Positions 1 through 12,900 of a stretch of DNA of 64,000 nucleotides are shown in pieces. Each line of letters begins with the position of its first letter. Position 1 is the stretch's first letter. Source of the DNA: Flectonema sp. DT1601 (Eukaryota). A program made the position numbers and the translations under genes. The notes below the pieces were generated by a model. That model saw only the letters and a program-made list of their open reading frames with translations, was not told the DNA's origin and did no database searches. The stretch spans positions 930,001-994,000 of the forward strand of contig OZ025805.1 in the NCBI GenBank assembly GCA_964019425.1, read 5' to 3'.

Positions 1-2
1 GT

Positions 3-1958
3 ACTTGCAACAAGGATCCAAGAACCTGTTCCGACATCTCAACTCAAGCTGTTTGTCAAAGCTCTAATTGCCCAGACCAGGATGATCGTCAATGCATCTG
101 GATTAATAACGGATGTACTTGCAACAAGGATCCAAGAACCTGTTCTGACATCTCAACTCAAGCTGCTTGTCAAAGCTCTAATTGCCCAGACCAGGATGAT
201 CGTCAATGCATCTGGATTAATAACGGATGTACTTGCAACAAGGATCCGAGAACCTGTTCCGACATCTCAACTCAAGCTGTTTGTCAAAGCTCTAATTGCC
301 CAGACCAGGATGATCGTCAATGCATCTGGATTAATAACGGATGTACTTGCAACAAGGATCCAAGAACCTGTTCCGACATCTCAACTCAAGCTGCTTGTCA
401 AAGCTCTAATTGCCCAGACCAGGATGATCGTCAATGCATCTGGATTAATAACGGATGTACTTGCAACAAGGATCCAAGAACCTGTTCTGACATCTCAACT
501 CAAGCTGTTTGTCAAAGCTCTAATTGCCCAGACCAGGATGATCGTCAATGCATCTGGATTAATAACGGATGTACTTGCAACAAGGATCCAAGAACCTGTT
601 CCGACATCTCAACTCAAGCTGTTTGTCAAAGCTCTAATTGCCCAGACCAGGATGATCGTCAATGCATCTGGATTAATAACGGATGTACTTGCAACAAGGA
701 TCCGAGAACCTGTTCCGACATCTCAACTCAAGCTGTTTGTCAAAGCTCTAATTGCCCAGACCAGGATGATCGTCAATGCATCTGGATTAATAACGGATGT
801 ACTTGCAACAAGGATCCAAGAACCTGTTCCGACATCTCAACTCAAGCTGTTTGTCAAAGCTCTAATTGCCCAGACCAGGATGATCGTCAATGCATCTGGA
901 TTAATAACGGATGTACTTGCAACAAGGATCCAAGAACCTGTTCTGACATCTCAACTCAAGCTGTTTGTCAAAGCTCTAATTGCCCAGACCAGGATGATCG
1001 TCAATGCATCTGGATTAATAACGGATGTACTTGCAACAAGGATCCGAGAACCTGTTCCGACATCTCAACTCAAGCTGTTTGTCAAAGCTCTAATTGCCCA
1101 GACCAGGATGATCGTCAATGCATCTGGATTAATAACGGATGTACTTGCAACAAGGATCCAAGAACCTGTTCTGACATCTCAACTCAAGCTGTTTGTCAAA
1201 GCTCTAATTGCCCAGACCAGGATGATCGTCAATGTATCTGGATTAATAACGGATGTACTTGCAACAAGGATCCGAGAACCTGTTCCGACATCTCAACTCA
1301 AGCTGTTTGTCAAAGCTCTAATTGCCCAGACCAGGATGATCGTCAATGCATCTGGATTAATAACGGATGTACTTGCAACAAGGATCCAAGAACCTGTTCT
1401 GACATCTCAACTCAAGCTGTTTGTCAAAGCTCTAATTGCCCAGACCAGGATGATCGTCAATGTATCTGGATTAATAACGGATGTACTTGCAACAAGGATC
1501 CGAGAACCTGTTCCGACATCTCAACTCAAGCTGTTTGTCAAAGCTCTAATTGCCCAGACCAGGATGATCGTCAATGTATCTGGATTAATAACGGATGTAC
1601 TTGCAACAAGGATCCAAGAACCTGTTCTGACATCTCAACTCAAGCTGTTTGTCAAAGCTCTAATTGCCCAGACCAGGATGATCGTCAATGCATCTGGATT
1701 AATAACGGATGTACTTGCAACAAGGATCCAAGAACCTGTTCTGACATCTCAACTCAAGCTGTTTGTCAAAGCTCTAATTGCCCAGACCAGGATGATCGTC
1801 AATGCATCTGGATTAATAACGGATGTACTTGCAACAAGGATCCAAGAACCTGTTCCGACATCTCAACTCAAGCTGTTTGTCAGAGCTCTAATTGCCCAGA
1901 CCAGGATGATCGTCGGTGTGTCTGGAGTGAAGTTGGGTGTACTTGCCGATTGATTTAG
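3..1958 (+). CDS. Cys-rich 38-aa tandem-repeat protein, copy 1 (5'-truncated by window edge)
   Basis: Frame from nt 3 reads TCNKDPRTCSDISTQAVCQSSNCPDQDDRQCIWINNGC for about 17 units and ends RRCVWSEVGCTCRLI-TAG (1956-1958), like copies 2 and 3. Not in the ORF track because its start lies outside the window. Confidence 0.9.
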   Translation, partial: TCNKDPRTCSDISTQAVCQSSNCPDQDDRQCIWINNGCTCNKDPRTCSDISTQAACQSSNCPDQDDRQCIWINNGCTCNKDPRTCSDISTQAVCQSSNCPDQDDRQCIWINNGCTCNKDPRTCSDISTQAACQSSNCPDQDDRQCIWINNGCTCNKDPRTCSDISTQAVCQSSNCPDQDDRQCIWINNGCTCNKDPRTCSDISTQAVCQSSNCPDQDDRQCIWINNGCTCNKDPRTCSDISTQAVCQSSNCPDQDDRQCIWINNGCTCNKDPRTCSDISTQAVCQSSNCPDQDDRQCIWINNGCTCNKDPRTCSDISTQAVCQSSNCPDQDDRQCIWINNGCTCNKDPRTCSDISTQAVCQSSNCPDQDDRQCIWINNGCTCNKDPRTCSDISTQAVCQSSNCPDQDDRQCIWINNGCTCNKDPRTCSDISTQAVCQSSNCPDQDDRQCIWINNGCTCNKDPRTCSDISTQAVCQSSNCPDQDDRQCIWINNGCTCNKDPRTCSDISTQAVCQSSNCPDQDDRQCIWINNGCTCNKDPRTCSDISTQAVCQSSNCPDQDDRQCIWINNGCTCNKDPRTCSDISTQAVCQSSNCPDQDDRQCIWINNGCTCNKDPRTCSDISTQAVCQSSNCPDQDDRRCVWSEVGCTCRLI

Positions 1959-2843
1959 TCAGCGGTATATTGTTCGTCGTTTTAGCAAATTATGATTTAA
2001 AAAGAATACTCTTGAAGATTGTAAAGTAGATGAAGATGTTTCTCTTTGTATACTTCAATGAGTGTTTCAGGTAGTTATGCGAAGCTGTTCATGCTATATT
2101 TCTGTTGTCTTTATTTTCAAGATATTTTTATTCGCTCAAATGATTTAAGTAGTGATGAATGCACTCTGTAAGGCTTGTGTTCATGGCTCTTCATTTTACT
2201 CTCTCACAGCGGTGTCTTATTGTATTACATTTAGACTCATGTTTTTACTTACAATTTAGGAATAGTACCTTTTTCCTTCCCTCTCTGATTTTTTTTGTCG
2301 GTAGCTAACAATAGCTTTTTTTAGGGGAGTGAAATACTGCAGTGAGCATTGTAATTGTTTGAGTATCGGTAGCAATGGAGTGAAGTTAATTCATCCGAAG
2401 CTACTGAGTTACCTGCTTATACTTCTCATGTTATACTGCAATGTTGGATACATTCTGACGCATTTTTTCCTCGAGATTGTCGTTGAACGCTGCTGTCTTT
2501 TTTCTCTTTTCCTCTCTCTGTTTAGACTGTTATATGTCTATGAAAGAATTGTTTTAGGTGGAGGAAATTTTGTCGCTGTGTCTCTCTTGTAGCCAAGCTT
2601 GCTACGTTGATTTTGTTAATTTTGAAACTAAGATTAACGAAATCTCGATTCCAATATGAGCAGTGAAAGGTTTAGTTATTTAATCATTGTAATTCATTAT
2701 AACTTAAGTATCATACAAAATATGTTCCGTGGTTTCTGTCCAAATGAACGATCAAATTAGAGGGTGTCGTTGAACACTGATATTTCTTACTTCGTGATTC
2801 TCGCTACTTAATATTACTCTTAATAGTTTATCTAACATCAAAT
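1959..2843 (+). repeat. Duplicated intergenic spacer, copy 1 (paralogous to 6195-6987 and 17065-17870)
   Basis: Near-identical blocks, e.g. ttattcgctcaaatgatttaagtagtgatgaatgcactctgtaaggcttgtgttcatggct, occur in all three spacers. Copy 2 lacks a block of roughly 100 bp. Confidence 0.9.
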
Positions 2844-5800
2844 ATGATGTATTCAATCGCTGTTATCCTCACATTGGCTCTTTCTCAAAGGCCGTGTGAT
2901 TCGTACGGGAATCTGAGAAGCTGCAGAAGAGCAGTGTGTCCTGATCTTTCTACTCAACAATGTACTTGGATTAGAACTACGAGGGAGTGTAAATGTGTGA
3001 AACCTTCTTGTGATGACTTCTCGACTCCAACTACTTGTCAAACATCTAATTGCCCAGACCAGGATGATCGTCAATGCATCTGGATTAATAACGGATGTAC
3101 TTGCAACAAGGATCCAAGAACCTGTTCTGACATCTCAACTCAAGCTGTTTGTCAAAGCTCTAATTGCCCAGACCAGGATGATCGTCAATGCATCTGGATT
3201 AACAACGGATGTACTTGCAACAAGGATCCAAGAACCTGTTCTGACATCTCAACTCAAGCTGTTTGTCAGAGCTCTAATTGCCCAGACCAGGATGATCGTC
3301 AATGCATCTGGATTAATAACGGATGTACTTGCAACAAGGATCCAAGAACCTGTTCTGACATCTCAACTCAAGCTGTTTGTCAAAGCTCTAATTGCCCAGA
3401 CCAGGATGATCGTCAATGCATCTGGATTAACAACGGATGTACTTGCAACAAGGATCCAAGAACCTGTTCTGACATCTCAACTCAAGCTGCTTGTCAAAGC
3501 TCTAATTGCCCAGACCAGGATGATCGTCAATGCATCTGGATTAACAACGGATGTACTTGCAACAAGGATCCAAGAACCTGTTCTGACATCTCAACTCAAG
3601 CTGTTTGTCAAAGCTCTAATTGCCCAGACCAGGATGATCGTCAATGCATCTGGATTAATAACGGATGTACTTGCAACAAGGATCCAAGAACCTGTTCTGA
3701 CATCTCAACTCAAGCTGTTTGTCAAAGCTCTAATTGCCCAGACCAGGATGATCGTCAATGCATCTGGATTAACAACGGATGTACTTGCAACAAGGATCCA
3801 AGAACCTGTTCTGACATCTCAACTCAAGCTGTTTGTCAAAGCTCTAATTGCCCAGACCAGGATGATCGTCAATGCATCTGGATTAATAACGGATGTACTT
3901 GCAACAAGGATCCAAGAACCTGTTCTGACATCTCAACTCAAGCTGTTTGTCAAAGCTCTAATTGCCCAGACCAGGATGATCGTCAATGCATCTGGATTAA
4001 TAACGGATGTACTTGCAACAAGGATCCAAGAACCTGTTCTGACATCTCAACTCAAGCTGTTTGTCAAAGCTCTAATTGCCCAGACCAGGATGATCGTCAA
4101 TGCATCTGGATTAACAACGGATGTACTTGCAACAAGGATCCAAGAACCTGTTCTGACATCTCAACTCAAGCTGTTTGTCAAAGCTCTAATTGCCCAGACC
4201 AGGATGATCGTCAATGCATCTGGATTAATAACGGATGTACTTGCAACAAGGATCCAAGAACCTGTTCTGACATCTCAACTCAAGCTGTTTGTCAAAGCTC
4301 TAATTGCCCAGACCAGGATGATCGTCAATGCATCTGGATTAATAACGGATGTACTTGCAACAAGGATCCAAGAACCTGTTCTGACATCTCAACTCAAGCT
4401 GTTTGTCAAAGCTCTAATTGCCCAGACCAGGATGATCGTCAATGCATCTGGATTAATAACGGATGTACTTGCAACAAGGATCCAAGAACCTGTTCTGACA
4501 TCTCAACTCAAGCTGTTTGTCAGAGCTCTAATTGCCCAGACCAGGATGATCGTCAATGCATCTGGATTAATAACGGATGTACTTGCAACAAGGATCCAAG
4601 AACCTGTTCTGACATCTCAACTCAAGCTGTTTGTCAAAGCTCTAATTGCCCAGACCAGGATGATCGTCAATGCATCTGGATTAATAACGGATGTACTTGC
4701 AACAAGGATCCAAGAAGCTGTTCTGACATCTCAACTCAAGCTGTTTGTCAAAGCTCTAATTGCCCAGACCAGGAAGATCGTCAATGCATCTGGATTAATA
4801 ACGGATGTACTTGCAACAAGGATCCAAGAACCTGTTCTGACATCTCAACTCAAGCTGTTTGTCAAAGCTCTAATTGCCCAGACCAGGATGATCGTCAATG
4901 CATCTGGATTAACAACGGATGTACTTGCAACAAGGATCCAAGAACCTGTTCTGACATCTCAACTCAAGCTGTTTGTCAAAGCTCTAATTGCCCAGACCAG
5001 GATGATCGTCAATGCATCTGGATTAATAACGGATGTACTTGCAACAAGGATCCAAGAACCTGTTCTGACATCTCAACTCAAGCTGTTTGTCAAAGCTCTA
5101 ATTGCCCAGACCAGGATGATCGTCAATGCATCTGGATTAATAACGGATGTACTTGCAACACTGATCCGAGAACCTGTTCCGAAATTTCTACTCGTGCAGC
5201 TTGTCAGACATCACATTGCCCAGACCAGGATGATCGTCAATGCATCTGGATTAATAACGGATGTAGTTGCAACACTGATCCAAGAACCTGTTCCGAAATT
5301 TCAACTCGTGCAACTTGTCAGACATCTCATTGCCCAGACCAGGATGATCGTCAATGCATCTGGATTAATAACGGATGTAGTTGCAACACTGATTCAAGAA
5401 CCTGTTCCGAAATTTCAACTCGTGCAACTTGTCAGACATCTCATTGCCCAGACCAGGATGATCGTCAATGCATCTGGATTAATAACGGATGTACTTGCAA
5501 CACTGATCCAAGAACCTGTTCCGAAATTTCAACTCGTGCAACTTGTCAGACATCTCATTGCCCAGACCAGGATGATCGTCAATGCATCTGGATTAATAAC
5601 GGATGTACTTGCAACACTGATCCGAGAACCTGTTCCGAAATTTCGACTCGTGCAGCTTGTCAGACATCTCATTGCCCAGACCAGGATGATCGTCAATGCA
5701 TCTGGATTAATAACGGATGTACTTGCAACACTGATCCAAGAACCTGTTCCGAAATTTCAACTCAAGCTGTTTGTCAAAGCTCTAATTGCCCAGACCAGGA

Positions 5801-6194
5801 TGATCGTCAATGCATCTGGATTAATAACGGATGTACTTGCAACACTGATCCGAGAACCTGTTCCGAAATTTCGACTCGTGCAGCTTGTCAGACATCTCAT
5901 TGCCCAGACCAGGATGATCGTCAATGCATCTGGATTAATAACGGATGTACTTGCAACACTGATCCAAGAACCTGTTCCGAAATTTCAACTCAAGCTGCTT
6001 GTCAAAGCTCTAATTGCCCAGACCAAGATGATCGTCAATGCATCTGGATTAATAACGGATGTACTTGCAACACTGATCCGAGAACCTGTTCCGAAATCTC
6101 AACTCAAGCTGCTTGTCAAAACTCTAATTGCCCAGACCAGGATGATCGTCGGTGTGTCTGGAGTGAAGTTGGGTGTTCTTGCCGATTGATTTAG
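2844..6194 (+). CDS. Secreted Cys-rich tandem-repeat protein, copy 2 (1116 aa, about 28 units)
   Basis: Hydrophobic signal peptide MMYSIAVILTLALS-Q, six Cys per 38-aa unit with a CxW motif, and no C-terminal TM or GPI signal. Confidence 0.9.
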   Translation: MMYSIAVILTLALSQRPCDSYGNLRSCRRAVCPDLSTQQCTWIRTTRECKCVKPSCDDFSTPTTCQTSNCPDQDDRQCIWINNGCTCNKDPRTCSDISTQAVCQSSNCPDQDDRQCIWINNGCTCNKDPRTCSDISTQAVCQSSNCPDQDDRQCIWINNGCTCNKDPRTCSDISTQAVCQSSNCPDQDDRQCIWINNGCTCNKDPRTCSDISTQAACQSSNCPDQDDRQCIWINNGCTCNKDPRTCSDISTQAVCQSSNCPDQDDRQCIWINNGCTCNKDPRTCSDISTQAVCQSSNCPDQDDRQCIWINNGCTCNKDPRTCSDISTQAVCQSSNCPDQDDRQCIWINNGCTCNKDPRTCSDISTQAVCQSSNCPDQDDRQCIWINNGCTCNKDPRTCSDISTQAVCQSSNCPDQDDRQCIWINNGCTCNKDPRTCSDISTQAVCQSSNCPDQDDRQCIWINNGCTCNKDPRTCSDISTQAVCQSSNCPDQDDRQCIWINNGCTCNKDPRTCSDISTQAVCQSSNCPDQDDRQCIWINNGCTCNKDPRTCSDISTQAVCQSSNCPDQDDRQCIWINNGCTCNKDPRTCSDISTQAVCQSSNCPDQDDRQCIWINNGCTCNKDPRSCSDISTQAVCQSSNCPDQEDRQCIWINNGCTCNKDPRTCSDISTQAVCQSSNCPDQDDRQCIWINNGCTCNKDPRTCSDISTQAVCQSSNCPDQDDRQCIWINNGCTCNKDPRTCSDISTQAVCQSSNCPDQDDRQCIWINNGCTCNTDPRTCSEISTRAACQTSHCPDQDDRQCIWINNGCSCNTDPRTCSEISTRATCQTSHCPDQDDRQCIWINNGCSCNTDSRTCSEISTRATCQTSHCPDQDDRQCIWINNGCTCNTDPRTCSEISTRATCQTSHCPDQDDRQCIWINNGCTCNTDPRTCSEISTRAACQTSHCPDQDDRQCIWINNGCTCNTDPRTCSEISTQAVCQSSNCPDQDDRQCIWINNGCTCNTDPRTCSEISTRAACQTSHCPDQDDRQCIWINNGCTCNTDPRTCSEISTQAACQSSNCPDQDDRQCIWINNGCTCNTDPRTCSEISTQAACQNSNCPDQDDRRCVWSEVGCSCRLI

Positions 6195-6987
6195 TCAGCG
6201 TTATATTGTACTTCTTTTTAACAAATTATGATTTAAAAAGAAGACTCTTGAAGATTGTAAAGTAGATGAAAATGTTTCTCTTTGTAAGCTTCAATGAGTG
6301 TTTCATATAGTTATTAGAAACTGTTCATGCTATATTTCTGTTGTGTTTGATTTCAAAATTTTTTTATTCGCTCAAATGATTTAAGTAGTGATGAATGCAC
6401 TCTGTAAGGCTTGTGTTCATGGCTATTCGTTTTACTCTCTCATACGATAGTGTCTTTTTGTTTTGCATTAAGACTCATCATGTTTTTACTAACAATATAA
6501 GAACTGACTTTTTCATAGTTCCCTTTTCCTGCCCTCTCAGATTTTTTAAGTCGGCGTCTAACAGTTGCCTTTTTCAAGTGAAATACTGCAGTGAGCATTG
6601 TAATTGTTTGAGCATCGGTAGCATTGGAGTGAAGTTAATTTATTCCAACCTACTGAGTTACCTGCTTATACTTTTCATGTTATACTGCAATGTTGGATAC
6701 ATTCTGACGAATTTCTTCCTCGAGATTGTCGTTGAACGCTGCTGTCTTTTTTCTCTTTTCCTCTCTCTGTTTAGACTGTTATATGTCTATAAAAGAAATG
6801 TGAGCAGTGAAAGGTTTAGTTATTTAATTATTCTAATTCATTATAACTAAAGCATCATACAAAGTATGTTCCGTGGTTTCTCTCGAAATCAACGATCAAA
6901 TTAGAGGGTGTCGTTGAAAACTGATATTTCTTACTTCGTGATTCTCGCTACTTCATATTATTATTAATAGTTTATCTAACATCAAAT

Positions 6988-9900
6988 ATGATTTATTCAA
7001 TCGCTGTTATCCTCACATTTGCTCTTTCTCAAAGGCCGTGTGATTCGTACGGGAACCTGAGAAGCTGCAGAAGAGCAGTGTGTCCTGATCTTCGTACTCA
7101 ACAATGTACTTGGATTAGAACTACGAGGGAGTGTAAATGTGTGAAACCTTCTTGTGATGACTTCTCGACTCCAACTACTTGTCACACATCTAATTGCCCT
7201 GACCAGGATGATCGTCAATGCATCTGGATTAATAACGGATGTACTTGCAACACTGATCCGAGAACCTGTTCAGAAATCTCAACTCAAGCTTCTTGTCAAA
7301 GCTCTAATTGCCCAGACCAGGATGATCGTCAATGCATCTGGATTAATAACGGATGTACTTGCAACACTGCTCCAAGAACCTGTTCCGAAATTTCAACTCG
7401 TGCAACTTGTCAGACATCACATTGCCCAGACCAGGATGATCGTCAATGCATCTGGATTAATAACGGATGTACTTGCAACACTGCTCCAAGAACCTGTTCC
7501 GAAATTTCAACTCGTGCAACTTGTCAGACATCTCATTGCCCAGACCAGGATGATCGTCAATGCATCTGGATTAATAACGGATGTACTTGCAACACTGATC
7601 CGAGAACCTGTTCAGAAATTTCGACTCGTGCAGCTTGTCAGACATCTCATTGCCCAGATCAGGATGATCGTCAATGCATCTGGATTAATAACGGATGTAC
7701 TTGCAACACTGATCCAAGAACCTGTTCCGAAATTTCAACTCGTGCAACTTGTCAGACATCTCATTGCCCAGACCAGGATGATCGTCAATGCATCTGGATT
7801 AATAACGGATGTACTTGCAACACTGATCCAAGAACCTGTTCCGAAATTTTAACTCGTGCAACTTGTCAGACATCTCATTGCCCAGACCAGGATGATCGTC
7901 AATGCATCTGGATTAATAACGGATGTACTTGCAACACTGCTCCAAGAACCTGTTCCGAAATTTCAACTCGTGCAACTTGTCAGACATCTCATTGCCCAGA
8001 CCAGGATGATCGTCAATGCATCTGGATTAATAACGGATGTACTTGCAACACTGATCCAAGAACCTGTTCCGAAATTTCAACTCGTGCAACTTGTCAGACA
8101 TCTCATTGCCCAGACCAGGATGATCGTCAATGCATCTGGATTAATAACGGATGTACTTGCAACACTGATCCAAGAACCTGTTCCGAAATTTCAACTCGTG
8201 CAACTTGTCAGACATCTCATTGCCCAGACCAGGATGATCGTCAATGCATCTGGATTAATAACGGATGTACTTGCAACACTGCTCCAAGAACCTGTTCCGA
8301 AATTTCAACTCGTGCAACTTGTCAGACATCTCATTGCCCAGACCAGGATGATCGTCAATGCATCTGGATTAATAACGGATGTACTTGCAACACTGATCCA
8401 AGAACCTGTTCCGAAATTTCAACTCGTGCAACTTGTCAGACATCTCATTGCCCAGACCAGGATGATCGTCAATGCATCTGGATTAATAACGGATGTACTT
8501 GCAACACTGCTCCAAGAACCTGTTCCGAAATTTCAACTCGTGCAACTTGTCAGACATCTCATTGCCCAGACCAGGATGATCGTCAATGCATCTGGATTAA
8601 TAACGGATGTACTTGCAACACTGATCCAAGAACCTGTTCCGAAATTTCAACTCGTGCAACTTGTCAGACATCACATTGCCCAGACCAGGATGATCGTCAA
8701 TGCATCTGGATTAATAACGGATGTACTTGCAACACTGCTCCAAGAACCTGTTCCGAAATTTCAACTCGTGCAACTTGTCAGACATCTCATTGCCCAGACC
8801 AGGATGATCGTCAATGCATCTGGATTAATAACGGATGTACTTGCAACACTGATCCAAGAACCTGTTCCGAAATTTCAACTCGTGCAACTTGTCAGACATC
8901 TCATTGCCCAGACCAGGATGATCGTCAATGCATCTGGATTAATAACGGATGTACTTGCAACACTGCTCCAAGAACCTGTTCCGAAATTTCAACTCGTGCA
9001 ACTTGTCAGACATCTCATTGCCCAGACCAGGATGATCGTCAATGCATCTGGATTAATAACGGATGTACTTGCAACACTGCTCCAAGAACCTGTTCCGAAA
9101 TTTCAACTCGTGCAACTTGTCAGACATCTCATTGCCCAGACCAGGATGATCGTCAATGCATCTGGATTAATAACGGATGTACTTGCAACACTGATCCAAG
9201 AACCTGTTCCGAAATTTCAACTCGTGCAACTTGTCAGACATCACATTGCCCAGACCAGGATGATCGTCAATGCATCTGGATTAATAACGGATGTACTTGC
9301 AACACTGCTCCAAGAACCTGTTCCGAAATTTCAACTCGTGCAACTTGTCAGACATCTCATTGCCCAGACCAGGATGATCGTCAATGCATCTGGATTAATA
9401 ACGGATGTACTTGCAACACTGATCCAAGAACCTGTTCCGAAATTTCAACTCGTGCAACTTGTCAGACATCTCATTGCCCAGACCAGGATGATCGTCAATG
9501 CATCTGGATTAATAACGGATGTACTTGCAACACTGATCCAAGAACCTGTTCCGAAATTTCAACTCGTGTAACTTGTCAGACATCTCATTGCCCAGACCAG
9601 GATGATCGTCAATGCATCTGGATTCATAACGGATGTACTTGCAACACTGATCCAAGAACCTGTTCCGAAATTTCAACTCGTGCAACTTGTCAGACATCTC
9701 ATTGCCCAGACCAGGATGATCGTCAATGCATCTGGATTAATAACGGATGTACTTGCAACACTGATCCAAGAACCTGTTCCGAAATTTCAACTCGTGCAAC
9801 TTGTCAGACATCTCATTGCCCAGACCAGGATGATCGTCAATGCATCTGGATTAATAACGGATGTACTTGCAACACTGATCCAAGAACCTGTTCCGAAATT

Positions 9901-12900
9901 TCAACTCGTGCAACTTGTCAGACATCTCATTGCCCAGACCAGGATGATCGTCAATGCATCTGGATTAATAACGGATGTACTTGCAACACTGATCCAAGAA
10001 CCTGTTCCGAAATTTCAACTCGTGTAACTTGTCAGACATCTCATTGCCCAGACCAGGATGATCGTCAATGCATCTGGATTCATAACGGATGTACTTGCAA
10101 CACTGATCCAAGAACCTGTTCCGAAATTTCAACTCGTGCAACTTGTCAGACATCTCATTGCCCAGACCAGGATGATCGTCAATGCATCTGGATTAATAAC
10201 GGATGTACTTGCAACACTGATCCAAGAACTTGTTCCGAAATTTCAACTCGTGCAACTTGTCAGACATTTCATTGCCCAGACCAGGATGATCGTCAATGCA
10301 TCTGGATTAATAACGGATGTACTTGCAACACTGATCCAAGAACCTGTTCCGATATCTCAACTCAAGCTCTTTGTCAGAGCTCTAATTGCCCAGACCAGGA
10401 TGATCGTCAATGCATCTGGATTAATAACGGATGTACTTGCAACACTGATCCAAGAACCTGTTCCGAAATTTCAACTCGTGTAACTTGTCAGACATCTCAT
10501 TGCCCAGACCAGGATGATCGTCAATGCATCTGGATTCATAACGGATGTACTTGCAACACTGATCCAAGAACCTGTTCCGAAATTTCAACTCGTGCAACTT
10601 GTCAGACATCTCATTGCCCAGACCAGGATGATCGTCAATGCATCTGGATTAATAACGGATGTACTTGCAACACTGATCCAAGAACTTGTTCCGAAATTTC
10701 AACTCGTGCAACTTGTCAGACATTTCATTGCCCAGACCAGGATGATCGTCAATGCATCTGGATTAATAACGGATGTACTTGCAACACTGATCCAAGAACC
10801 TGTTCCGATATCTCAACTCAAGCTCTTTGTCAGAGCTCTAATTGCCCAGACCAGGATGATCGTCAATGCATCTGGATTAATAACGGATGTACTTGCAACA
10901 CTGATCCAAGAACCTGTTCCGATATCTCAGCTCAAGCTGTTTGTCAGAGCTCTAATTGCCCAGACCAGGATGATCGTCAATGCATCTGGATTAATAACGG
11001 ATGTACTTGCAACACTGATCCGAGAACCTGTTCCGAAATTTCGACTCGTGCAGCTTGTCAGACATCACATTGCCCAGACCAGGATGATCGTCAATGCATC
11101 TGGATTAATAACGGATGTACTTGCAACACTGATCCAAGAACCTGTTCCGAAATTTCAACTCGTGCAACTTGTCAGAAATCTCATTGCCCAGACCAGGATG
11201 ATCGTCAATGCATCTGGATTAATAACGGATGTACTTGCAACACTGATCCAAGAACCTGTTCGGAAATTTCGACTCGTGCATCTTGTCAGACATCTAATTG
11301 CCCAGACCAGGATGATCGTCAATGCATCTGGATTAATAACGGATGTACTTGCAACACTGATCCAAGAACCTGTTCCGATATCTCAACTCAAGCTGTTTGT
11401 CTGAGCTCTAATTGCCCAGACCAGGATGATCGTCAATGCATCTGGATTAATAACGGATGTACTTGCAACACTGATCCAAGAACCTGTTCCGATATCTCAA
11501 CTCAAGCTGTTTGTCAGAGCTCTAATTGCCCAGACCAGGATGATCGTCAATGCATCTGGATTAATAACGGATGTACTTGCAACACTGATCCGAGAACCTG
11601 TTCCGAAATTTCGACTCGTGCAGCTTGTCAGACATCACATTGCCCAGACCAGGATGATCGTCAATGCATCTGGATTAATAACGGATGTACTTGCAACACT
11701 GATCCAAGAACCTGTTCTGAAATTTCAACTCGTGCAACTTGTCAGACATCTCATTGCCCAGACCAAGATGATCGTCCATGCATCTGGATTAATAACGGAT
11801 GTACTTGCAACACTGCTCCAAGAACCTGTTCCGAAATTTCAACTCGTGCAACTTGTCAGACATCTCATTGCCCAGACCAGGATGATCGTCAATGCATCTG
11901 GATTAATAACGGATGTACTTGCAACACTGATCCAAGAACCTGTTCTGAAATTTCAACTCGTGCAACTTGTCAGACATCTCATTGCCCAGACCAGGATGAT
12001 CGTCAATGCATCTGGATTAATAACGGATGTACTTGCAACACTGATCCAAGAACCTGTTCTGAAATTTCAACTCGTGCAACTTGTCAGACATCTCATTGCC
12101 CAGACCAAGATGATCGTCCATGCATCTGGATTAATAACGGATGTACTTGCAACACTGCTCCAAGAACCTGTTCCGAAATTTCAACTCGTGCAACTTGTCA
12201 GACATCTCATTGCCCAGACCAGGATGATCGTCAATGCATCTGGATTAATAACGGATGTACTTGCAACACTGATCCAAGAACCTGTTCCGATATCTCAACT
12301 CAAGCTCTTTGTCAGAGCTCTAATTGCCCAGACCAGGATGATCGTCAATGCATCTGGATTAATAACGGATGTACTTGCAACACTGATCCAAGAACCTGTT
12401 CCGATATCTCAGCTCAAGCTGTTTGTCAGAGCTCTAATTGCCCAGACCAGGATGATCGTCAATGCATCTGGATTAATAACGGATGTACTTGCAACACTGA
12501 TCCGAGAACCTGTTCCGAAATTTCGACTCGTGCAGCTTGTCAGACATCACATTGCCCAGACCAGGATGATCGTCAATGCATCTGGATTAATAACGGATGT
12601 ACTTGCAACACTGATCCAAGAACCTGTTCTGAAATTTCAACTCGTGCAACTTGTCAGACATCTCATTGCCCAGACCAAGATGATCGTCAATGCATCTGGA
12701 TTAATAACGGATGTACTTGCAACACTGCTCCAAGAACCTGTTCCGAAATTTCAACTCGTGCAACTTGTCAGACATCTCATTGCCCAGACCAGGATGATCG
12801 TCAATGCATCTGGATTAATAACGGATGTACTTGCAACACTGATCCGAGAACCTGTTCCGAAATTTCGACTCGTGCAGCTTGTCAGACATCACATTGCCCA